DNA of 53,320 nt, filler included, from Circinaria calcarea (taxonomy: Eukaryota): the NCBI GenBank assembly GCA_051942165.1. It is 4 parts of 4 records of this genome, joined end to end, with 100 filler letters (N's around TTAATTAATTAA, not from the genome) between each part and the next. Parts side by side here need not be neighbours in the genome. Positions count along the whole stretch, not along the records: positions 13,389 to 26,667 come from JAVECS010000517.1; positions 26,768 to 39,998 come from JAVECS010000518.1; 2 more parts are not named here. The stretch is one strand, 5' to 3'. How positions within the stretch are numbered: the stretch's first letter is position 1; every line of letters starts with the position of its first letter. A model generated the notes under the pieces. It did no database searches, was not told the origin of the DNA, and was given only the letters and a program-made list of their open reading frames with translations. Positions 24,617 to 34,353 of the stretch are shown piece after piece. A program made the translations under genes and the position numbers.

Positions 24617-25992
24617 CTATCCAATTCTAGTTAGATCACTATCCCTCATAAGCGCCTCTGCCTTGACCTGATATTCGCTGAAAAGCTCGATTGCCTGGGA
24701 AGGTCTATCAGCAAGCCATGCTTTATACAAGGAACGAATGTTCACATACTTGTCTGGTCTTAACCTGCCCTTTCCCGCCGTCTCTGCTGGCAAAGGCCTC
24801 CCGGTACCTTTCTTCGTCGTTCACGAAGCTTGTACGCTCGATTCCTTGCTCTGTGGATTTTGTTATGTCTTTAAATAATGAAAGTTCCGCTACCTTTGCT
24901 TCCGGCTCATCCCTTTCCAACATAGCCTGCAGATATCCGGGAGCAATTGTGAAGGCAGCCACACCGGCTAGCTGCATGATCTCTTCCACAGAAATCACAC
25001 TGCAAGCCTTCACCCGGGTCGAGTACGAGTACTTCTCAAAGTACTGTTGCGCCTCGACACACAAGCTCAAGATTGGGTCCGTATCATGGTAACTAGATAG
25101 CTAAGCTTCCCAGATGCTAAGATTAGAAGTGAGCTGGTAACTCCACTTACGTTTCGTCAAATTGAACCCTAAGCTCGTGCACGAACGGGGAGACATAGAT
25201 ACAGCCGGCTTCGGCTGCGAGTATCGCTTGCTCGATAGTAAATGCCGTAGTTGCCAAAGTCTTGACACCCAGAGATTTCAATTTGCGGCAGGCCTGAAGA
25301 CCCTCCCAGGTAGAGGGAACCTTGATACAAAGTCTAGATAGGTCGAAGCTGGGTTCCAACCGATGGCAAAGGCCATAGAGACCTGTAACACGAGGTTAAT
25401 GACATTTCACTGATTGAGTTGCTGGGCAGTTTGAAGGAGCGCACGCTGGCCATTTTCGATGATTTTCGTGGTTGAATAGGAGAAGGTCGGGTTAGCCATG
25501 ACATGTATTATGCCGGTGATCAAAGGTGCAATGGCCAAAGACAGGCTGACCATCTACGACAACCAGTCAGCAAGAATGGGCACTATAACCTGTCAAACTT
25601 GTAAAGGGGGTACGCACGGATATCTCTACTGCCAGCTCCTCAAAAGTCACATTGGGGTACTCGGACTGCATCTGCCTTCCAAGGGCAGCGGACTTTTTGA
25701 GCAAAGCCGCGCGCTCGGGTTTGAGTAGCTCGAAGTAGGTATCACCCTAGGCATCGTCAGTAACTGAGTCAGTGCTCAAAGCTAGGTAAGATACCTGATT
25801 AGAAGTGCAATCCACAAATGGCCCCAGGTCTGTGGCAACTGAAGATACCACCCCATCAGTACTCCCCACGGCATTTGCCAGAGAAGAAAGGTTCTTACCT
25901 TGAGTACTCAGGCTGTCACAATCAACCTGAGTCTTAGAGCGGAGGTACTCTAAGAGGTTGACGGAAGGAGTCGTATCTGATAATGAGCCCAT
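24617..25992 (-). CDS. Divergent transaldolase-family protein (7 exons)
   Basis: Exons 25992-25899, 25838-25795, 25746-25618, 25553-25445, 25382-25151, 25092-24750, 24694-24617 splice in frame. Motifs VDCDS, DCTSNQ, Schiff-base Lys in LCIKVPSTWEGLQAC, QAILAAEAGCIYVSPFV, LAGVAAFTIAP. Confidence 0.9.
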
Positions 25993-26667
25993 GTTGACCA
26001 AGGTCTTTTGCAACTATGGAGGTCTTCTCCGAACTTGAAAATGTACAATGGAGAATCGAAGGCAGAGAGCTGGATCTCTGTCCCGATACGAAAACGGCTT
26101 GTCGGCCCCAGTCTCCGCCGCCTTTAAAGGTCTCCAGGACGCATTGGCTACATCGGTTGACGACTGCAGTCAAAAGTGTGAGAGACACCCAGCTTCATGA
26201 CCCTGAATTTGTAACCAAGTGGTAAAACATGTAAGAGAAAGCTGAGCGCTATACAGTAGCAAACAGCCATGTAAAATAACGGTAAGACCATGATCGATAC
26301 AGGCCAATCGTAAGTTAAAGTAACTTGCTCGGCTACTCTAACATCGAAGCTAATCTCACATTGACCAGCGTGTGACAGAAAGTGCACAAGCTGCTTGCAC
26401 ATTGGAGCCGAGCAGATGCCGATGCCAGGTAACCCCGATAGTGTACTGCAGTCGTATGGTCGGATGGGTATTGATCGTTAGCGTGGTATTAACAGATTAA
26501 TGCCTAATGCAGCTAGAGCCTCACTGTCTACTAACACCCATCCGACCAAAGTATTTCGCAACAGCATATGTAGCCAAATCCCAACGCTTACCTTTCCAGG
26601 TACCTACAGAGTACTGCCTTGCAGCTAGCTACCTTAGGATGCATGCACTACATCGTAGGTATTTAGC

Positions 26668-26767
26668 NNNNNNNNNNNNNNNNNNNNNNNNNNNNNNNNN
26701 NNNNNNNNNNNTTAATTAATTAANNNNNNNNNNNNNNNNNNNNNNNNNNNNNNNNNNNNNNNNNNNN
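26668..26767. other. Artificial contig spacer
   Basis: 44 N + TTAATTAATTAA (26712-26723) + 44 N. Confidence 0.97.
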
Positions 26768-26778
26768 TGGATTACAGG

Positions 26779-28677
26779 TTGCTTGCTGTCAATGTCGTGT
26801 CCTTGATATTTGCAATTGTCGCTAACATCGCCCTACTCTTCAACATGGGGCGTCGATTATCTTTTTCCAGGGCGCAGCCCATCACCATTCTGGGATGGTA
26901 TATTGCAAGTTTCCTACTGGTCGCCCTTGTTGCTGTGACTGCACGCGGTTTAAAACTACCCCCACCGGACAATCGAGCACTCAACCAAGCCTTCTACTAT
27001 GCTATCATGTCCGCTGCTTTGTACTTCATTGTCGCCACACTAATGTGCTTCACGGTGTACGGAGCTGCTCGAGGCGCATATCCCAAAGAATTCGAGCTTA
27101 CCACGAGCCAGAGGACTCTGATGATACAGACAATCTTTTTTTTCATTTATCTACTAGGTGGTTCTGCCGTGTTCGCACGGATTGAGTCATGGAAATTCCT
27201 TGACGCTGTATATTGGTGCGATTTTACTCTACTAACGGTTGGGATTGGAGACTATGCGCCTATGACGCATCTAGGAAGGAGTCTTTTATTTCCTTATGCA
27301 ATTCTTGGCATAGTCAACGTTGGATTGGTTGTCGGTTCCATTAGGGCAATGGTATTGGAACGAGGGAAGAAAAAACTCGGAGCTCGTATGGTTGAGAAAA
27401 CAAGGGAGAAGGTGGTACAGAAAATAGATAGAAAAGGTGGGAAGGTCAAATTGAATCCGCTGTCCAAGGGGCATACGCTTGCCCCTGATGACAAGTCCGA
27501 ACAGAAAAGACGCGAAGATGAGTTTGAACTCATGCGACAGATTCAGGACCACGCTGCTACTCGACGAAAATGGACGTCCCTTTCCGTGTCAATTGGCGCA
27601 TGGTTTTTCCTCTGGTTCATTGGCGCGGTCGTCTTCTACAGGGCGGAACGTAATCAATCTTGGACCTATTTTGGTTCGCTCTATTTCTCGTACACATCGC
27701 TGTTGACCATTGGATACGGTGATTTCAGACTCTATAGCAATTCAGGAAAACCATTTTTCGTTTTCTGGTCACTGCTAGCTGTACCTACCTTGACAATTTT
27801 GGTGAGCAACATGGGAGATACGGTTGTTAAGAGTATCAAAGATTTCTCAAACTGGTTAGGAGAGTTTACGGTATTACCAGGGGAAGTTGGTGCCAGAGAG
27901 CGCTTCAAGAAGGGTGCGAGTAACCTTATAAAGCGTAAGGATTCATCCGAGGATATAAAGACGGATGAACCTCCGGGACTACTAGGGGAAAGTCAACATG
28001 ACATAGAGCAACAACGCCGAGGCATTGGAGGACCAGGAATGGATTGTATGGCTAAAGATTTCGAGGACAGTGAGCTAATTGAAGAGAACAAAGCTGCTGA
28101 TCGAGGAGAGGATATTGACAAAGACATACATCACTATCACTACCTTCTAGTAAAAGAAATTCGGAATGTAATGAGAGACCTCAATCAATCTCCACCACGG
28201 CAGTATTCATACCACGAGTGGGCTTGGTTTCTCAGACTTATGGGGGAAGATGAGAATTCCTCCAAGTCTCATCGCAAAGCACCTGGCAAATTAAAGCCGG
28301 ACGGTAGTGAAGACATCGAAGTCGAGGGTGCAGGAATCGATGACCAGGACGAGGACGAGGACCGTCACCAATGGAGCTGGTTGGGGACGAAAAGTCCGCT
28401 TATGGGCGAAACCGAAGAGGCAGAGTGGATTTTGGAAAAGCTGTCACTGACTTTGGAAAAGGATCTGAAAAAGGAACGTGATAAACAGAGGCGGGCCACC
28501 CACGGTCATAATAACGAAACCGAGATCAAAACTCCCCGACAGACGTCAACCAAAGAGCCATCAACCAAAGAGCCGTCAACCGAAGAGCCGTCAACCGAAG
28601 AGCCGTCATCGTCTCGTTGCAGTAGCAAGACGCTGCAAGGAGATCGGTCTCATGGGCGGTCAAGGATTAGCCGCTAG
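26779..28677 (+). CDS. TOK1: TOK1-like two-pore outward-rectifier potassium channel, 5' exons missing (contig start)
   Basis: Two pore loops TLLTVGIGD and SLLTIGYGD with flanking TM helices, LTTSQRTLMIQT motif; the frame begins right after an acceptor-like TACAG at the contig edge. Confidence 0.9.
   Translation: MLAVNVVSLIFAIVANIALLFNMGRRLSFSRAQPITILGWYIASFLLVALVAVTARGLKLPPPDNRALNQAFYYAIMSAALYFIVATLMCFTVYGAARGAYPKEFELTTSQRTLMIQTIFFFIYLLGGSAVFARIESWKFLDAVYWCDFTLLTVGIGDYAPMTHLGRSLLFPYAILGIVNVGLVVGSIRAMVLERGKKKLGARMVEKTREKVVQKIDRKGGKVKLNPLSKGHTLAPDDKSEQKRREDEFELMRQIQDHAATRRKWTSLSVSIGAWFFLWFIGAVVFYRAERNQSWTYFGSLYFSYTSLLTIGYGDFRLYSNSGKPFFVFWSLLAVPTLTILVSNMGDTVVKSIKDFSNWLGEFTVLPGEVGARERFKKGASNLIKRKDSSEDIKTDEPPGLLGESQHDIEQQRRGIGGPGMDCMAKDFEDSELIEENKAADRGEDIDKDIHHYHYLLVKEIRNVMRDLNQSPPRQYSYHEWAWFLRLMGEDENSSKSHRKAPGKLKPDGSEDIEVEGAGIDDQDEDEDRHQWSWLGTKSPLMGETEEAEWILEKLSLTLEKDLKKERDKQRRATHGHNNETEIKTPRQTSTKEPSTKEPSTEEPSTEEPSSSRCSSKTLQGDRSHGRSRISR
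28545..28608 (+). repeat. 15-bp coding tandem repeat x4 (STKEP/STEEP) in the K+ channel tail
   Basis: gtcaaccaaagagcc / atcaaccaaagagcc / gtcaaccgaagagcc / gtcaaccgaagagcc. Confidence 0.9.
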
Positions 28678-29299
28678 TAGACGACCTGGTTACTATATCT
28701 CGTACGATCTTCGTCTTTCTGTCTTGCATCGTCTGCAAATACCCCAGGTAATGCGTTTCACTGGCATTGTAATTCTCGTGCTCCGCAGTCGGATTCAGAG
28801 CATGACGTGGATTCGGACTCGGAGTTTCGTCTGGATCATTTTTTCAGAATTCCCAATCTTATTACTCCCTCAAAGTAGTGAGTCTGTACCAGCAAGGATA
28901 TCTGCCGTTAGTTTCCTTATCGACAAAGCATACAAACACTGATAGCCATCTTAAACCGCTGATCTAAATCATCAAGATCTGTACCTGCTAGCAAACGCTG
29001 CCTCAATTCACTCTCAACGCATCCGCCACTCTATCACGCCATCCCGAGACAGTCATATCCAACAGCACAAATGCATTCACTCTAATGCCTCGTGATCTCC
29101 AATCCAGCAGAATGACCCTCCTTCACTACGAATGTGCCGCGGTTCTCCTACATCTATTCTGTCTCTCACTACGATGGTCCTCTCAAATCTGTGTACAATT
29201 GATATCCTGTACTGCTGCCTTAGGTGATCAAGCATACTTAGCAGATACCTTCTTACAAATTGGGCTTGCCCTTGCCTGAGTAAGCCCTATCTGGGAACT

Positions 29300-30067
29300 A
29301 TGATTCTCCCTCGGGACAGCTCGTCGACGACGAATCTGGTTCCCGTTATCGCCGCCGTTGTTGGTGGTATCGTTGCTGTTGTAATTATCGCTACGGTAGT
29401 CTACTTCATCAGAAAGGACCGTCGCAGCACCAAAGACCGCGAAGCCCGTAGGGAACTCCGTCGGCAGCAGCGACTTGAAGAGCAGTACCAACAGCGTGGT
29501 TTAGGCGCTACGACATATCGAATTGATGAGGACACCGAGCTCACCCTAACTTCCCCTCTTTCCAAGGAGATCTCCCCGCCTCTGTTCTCTCCTCCACCAC
29601 CGATTTTCAATCTCCACTACTCCAGAAACCCCTACATTCCGCCCACGAGTCCCGTCGACGAAGCGACAATCCGTCACCTCGCCTCCGTCTCCGCCAACAC
29701 TGCTGACCCCGTTGCCGTTCCCGCTCTTTACCGTCAAGCGCAACTGATGCACGATGTCAATACCGGCACCGATAATACTAGCGCCACCGACGCGAGTGCC
29801 GCGGGACCGGTGGCGAATTCGCCCTTCCTGCAGTGGAAAGCGAGGAAGTATGAGCAGTTAATCGCAGATGGCAAGACTCCGGAGGAGGCGATGTTGGGTA
29901 GTGATGCTAGTGCAAGCGAAACTGTGGATGTTATTGATGAGAGGGTTGGTGCTTACGCTTATGGGGCTTATGGACGGAGAGGTGCGGGTGCGGGAGAGGG
30001 GCAAAGGGTGGTTCCGGCGCCGTTGAGGGTGACGAGGAAGGGGAGTGTGCCGGACAGATGGCGCTGA
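29300..30067 (+). CDS. Hypothetical single-pass membrane protein with Pro-rich cytoplasmic tail
   Basis: 255-aa ORF; TM LVPVIAAVVGGIVAVVIIATVVYFI followed by basic RKDRR. Confidence 0.7.
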   Translation: MILPRDSSSTTNLVPVIAAVVGGIVAVVIIATVVYFIRKDRRSTKDREARRELRRQQRLEEQYQQRGLGATTYRIDEDTELTLTSPLSKEISPPLFSPPPPIFNLHYSRNPYIPPTSPVDEATIRHLASVSANTADPVAVPALYRQAQLMHDVNTGTDNTSATDASAAGPVANSPFLQWKARKYEQLIADGKTPEEAMLGSDASASETVDVIDERVGAYAYGAYGRRGAGAGEGQRVVPAPLRVTRKGSVPDRWR

Positions 30068-31322
30068 CGAGTGAAGGGGTGGAGGGACGGTGTAGGGATA
30101 TGTGGATGCTTTGGGAGATGGCTTGGGAATTGGGGATGTGGTGGGTAAGTTGGGAAAGGGGGTTTAATCGGGAGTTGGGTTGACGGAGTGCATATGATGT
30201 GGAAGATGAGCATTTCTGGGGACTGTCTTATCATGTACAGCTGCTTGAGGGATTCTTTGGCAGTACAAGTTAGGACAGAAAGTGCTGTAGGGGAGAGAGC
30301 TTGTACTTTTCACGACTGTCTTGTGCACACCCTGCTCAGAATACGACTTGATCATATCTTAGCAGCTCGTCCTAGTAGGCAATCATCATTCTTAGATAAA
30401 ATGAGATGTCATAGTATACTAACATGACTCTCCTAACAAGATTGATCGAATGAAATCAAGTGTTTCACACCGCGCGCCTTGTGCCAAATCTGTCCAGCGA
30501 GCCGAGGACATCTGGCGCATACGGGGAAATGAAAGTGTGTGGCGTATCTGAAACGCCGGCGCGCAAGTATATGTCTCCAAGAGGACTAGCGCCAACTGTA
30601 CCGCGCTTGTTTCCCCCTTCACTTTCAACCTCCTCCCATCAATCGACCAACCAGCGGGTCTGTCGCAAGTTCCCCCTTGATGGTGCTTTTGCGAGTTGCC
30701 CCTGGATGAGGTGCTTCGTGTTTGGGATGAATGGGGGTCAAATGTTGCAGACTGAGTGCAGGAGTTTGGAGAGGTTCGTCGCAGATGGGCACCAGGAGAA
30801 AGGTGAACAGGTGAACAGGCGGCGGCGGACTCGGTGATATCAATTCACGGTTATGGGACGGGTCAACGGTTCGCCGGAACAATCTATGGAGTAAGATGAA
30901 TTGAATATGAACGGGCTTGGCTCCGGAAGCTTTATAGGCAGATCGCATTTTCCGTCATTTCGGCAGGGCCACCAGGGGCATGGATGCGCTCTGCTGTGGA
31001 AGATTGTGTTGACGGCACAAGCAGGCGACAGTGTGGCTGTTCACCGCCATCATCTCCCGCCCACACAACGTCTTCTTCTTCTTTCCACCTCTCTTCTTCT
31101 TTTTTGTATCTTCATCCCAAACACGTTCGTTACCGTTGCGGCCAATTCCATTGCCTGAGGGCTTCTAATTCTGCTATTTGAAGTTTTGCAAACGTCTGTT
31201 TGCGTCCAATCTTTTATCTACGCGCCAGGAACGCTCTTTTTCCCATCATCCGTCTCGTCCTTTGCGCTTGCGCAAACTGTCAACCTGTCAATTGGAGTGA
31301 AGCAGTTGCAAAATCAGGAATT

Positions 31323-33749
31323 ATGCATTCAATCTATTCAGTTGTGGTTTTGGCAACTGTCGCTGCCATCTTTCCTCCCATTGTATCTGCTGCCGCGCAT
31401 CCGCCGGTCGATGTAAGCACCTACCGACCAGTGTTCAAGGGGATTCTTTACTGACCGTCCCTCTGCCAGGCCTACTTGCCAAGTACATCGACCGAATCGG
31501 TAACCAAGACCAAGAAGAAATGCAGTAGTGTTACTGCAGTCCCTGCTTCTGCTTCGATGCCAGTATATTCAAGCGATGGAGGGTGGAACGCAACGACGAC
31601 TACCCTGCCTGTTTCGTCTACCGCCGCGCCATTTTCTTTAAGCTCGAGTAACTCGAGCTCATGGAGTTACACTACCACTGCATCATCTGCCACAAGTTCT
31701 GAAGCGGAAGAGACGGTCTATACGACGGAATACATTACGGTTACGGCCTGTGCGCCCACAGTCAGCAACTGTCCGGAACAATCGCATTCGGTTATCACTT
31801 CGATTTACCCGATGACATCGTCGACAACCAGTATCATGTTGACGGAGTCTTCAATTTCTGCTACCGCGTCGAGTACTGCGGCTGGATTGTTCTCATCTTC
31901 CACATCCCTGATCTCCAATGCTTCCTCTACTGCAACTTACACTGCTGCGCCTTCAATGACTCCGACCAGCTATGTCAGCACCGGTTCGGTATCTTATCCA
32001 ATACCGGCTAACAGCAGCATGGTGTACACCCACGTGCTATCCAGCACGATATCATTGTCAGTATCAGTTGAAACTAGCTCCCCTATGTCGTCAGCGGCGG
32101 CCAGCAATAGTACAGTGTACTCTTCGTCTCCTGCCGTCAGCAGCTCAGCATACTCTTCTGCATCCACCGTTGATAGCTCGGCTTACTCGTATGTCCCGGC
32201 GAGCAGCAGTTCAGCATACTCCTCTGCATCGGCTGCTGATAGTTCGTCTTACTCGTATGTCCCGGCGAGCAGCAGTTCAGCATACTCCTCTGCATCGGCC
32301 GCTGATAGTTTACCTTACTCATACCTCCCGGCAACCAGCGGTGTTGAAGGTACGACCTACCTACCTTCATTCACTATTGGCAGTTTCAGTGGAGTCGCAA
32401 CTCCTATATCGACCAGTGTAGCTGACATTCCACTTTCAACTTCGGCAACAACCAGCACTAGTGTGGTGGAAGTTACCTACACCATCTCCCCAGTGCCCGC
32501 CAGCTCGAACAATGCAGGAGTGCCAGCTTCATCTAGCTCGACTCCAGTTATGTCTTCGCCAATCTACAGCACGCCTATGAGCTCTGCATCTCCAGTGTAC
32601 GTCACCTCGACTGCTTTTAGCACCGTTCAAATTACCGTTACTACCTGCGCCGATGCTGTAAAGAACTGCCCGGTACGGACCACTTCCTCTGTGATTCCCA
32701 TCATAGTCACCTTTGTCCCGGTTCAATCATCAAGTGGTGTGTTGCCAGCATCAAGTTCCGAGACCCAATCAAGTACCGTGGTTGAATCATCAAATGGCGC
32801 GATCCCGGCATCCACTACCGCAGCTCAATCAACTGCTGTGGTTCAATCGTCGAATGCTGCAATTCCGGCATCAAGTTCTTCTACGATTTCGGTGGAGTCA
32901 ATGCCAAGTCCAGTTGGATCTAGTGAGACCGCTCAGGCATCCCTCTCTATTGAGCCCACCATGGCCGGTTCAAGCCCGGCTGCGGTTACATCCCTAGCGA
33001 ATACCAAGACAACCACCATCTACAGCACCGTTCAAGTGCAAAATACTCGAACTTCTGTACTGATTAACCCAATGCCAGCGTCTTCCAGTGTCACTACTCT
33101 ACCAACCACAACTACCATCTTCTCCACGTCCACAAAGCACATTACGGTCACACTTGATGCAAGCAGCACTCCCTTACCTTCTGTAATAATTGTTGGTGAT
33201 ACTAATGCTCCCACCACCGTAACCGCTTCGGCTGCTTCAACCATCTTGATCATTCCAATACCAGTGGAGTCAAACAGCGCAGAGTCTGTGTCTAGCAACA
33301 ACGCTGCTTTGCCTGCCACTAGCAACAGTGCAGAGTCTGTGTTTAGCAATAACGCTGCTTTGCCTGCCACGAGTAACGGTGTATCACCAGCAACTAGCAG
33401 TTATGTGGCTCCATCCGTTTCCACCACCAACGCGGCTCTGCCTGCTACCAGCGATACTTCCGCGGCCATGGGTACCACTGCGGAAGTCGCCAGCACCACC
33501 CTCGCAATCTCAACCATTGCCGTTGCACCACCACCAGCTTCTTCTGTGGTCGCAACAGTTACGTCAGAGATTTCTCCAATAACCGCTTTAGCCGCGTCTT
33601 CCGGCAAACCAAGTACGACAGACGCTGCGAATGTGCAATACACTGGCGCTACTCCTTTTACTGGCGCTGCGGTCAAGTCGGGAATGAATGGTATGGCTGT
33701 GATGGTTGCGACTGTGCTGGGGGCCATTATGATGATGATGATGGTGTAA
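31323..33749 (+). CDS. Large Ser/Thr-rich GPI-anchored cell-wall protein (adhesin/mucin-like)
   Basis: Signal-peptide exon 31323-31412, intron 31413-31469, exon 31470-33749. Cys motifs TACAPTVSNCP and TTCADAVKNCP; C-terminal FTGAA plus hydrophobic tail. Confidence 0.9.
32138..32335 (+). repeat. 60-bp coding tandem repeat x3 (SSSAYSSASAADSSSYSYVPA-like)
   Basis: cagcagytcagcatactcytctgcatc...gatagytcg..ttactcgtatgtcccggcg recurs at a 60-nt period. Confidence 0.85.
33270..33375 (+). repeat. Coding repeat x2 (SNSAESV.SNNAALPAT)
   Basis: aacagygcagagtctgtgt.tagcaa.aacgctgctttgcctgccac is duplicated. Confidence 0.8.
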
Positions 33750-34171
33750 AGGGGGTGGCTTGGATAGCCGATGGGAGAAGTTTGGTGTTTTTGTAGTACT
33801 ACGTCTCAAGGGACCTTCTTAACTTTCTACTTTACAATCTTTCTTTTTTGATTCTTGTACATAATGTCTTTGGTTAATTGGTGCTTTGGCAGATGTGAAA
33901 TCAAGTGTAAAATCTCAATCTTTCTCCTGTCCTGTTCAAATTATGCCCCTTGAAGCACTCATGAACAAAAACCCCTTCTCAAACACGGAATCCAAAAACC
34001 CTCCCCCGTCCCCTCCCCCCCGGATTTAGAATGAATTTTAAATCGAAAACGCCCTCTGGAATAATCTATTCCAGCGGGGAAGGGTAGGTGGGGTGGGTCA
34101 TAGAGTATTGCTTGTGTTTTGGGTTGTGATTCGGTACGAAGGTGGAGCGGCTTTTTAGGCTGCGTGGATTC

Positions 34172-34199
34172 TATGTATGTATGTATGTATGTATGTATG
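34172..34199. repeat. (TATG)7 microsatellite
   Basis: Direct sequence. Confidence 0.9.
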
Positions 34200-34353
34200 A
34201 TGCTACGTCAGGCAAGACTCAAGTTTCGACCTTAGATTCAAGTCTGTCATCTACTATACATCAGATAGCGCGAGGTTTGAAACGCGAAATTCAGGATCAT
34301 GAATTGTTGACGTAAAGCAAGGTGTCTGGATGGTAAACAGCTACTAAAATCTG

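Noticed and set aside
27232..27252. Non-GYG first pore motif (TVGIGD) in the K+ channel
   Set aside because: A hydrophobic substitution in pore 1 is normal for fungal TOK channels.
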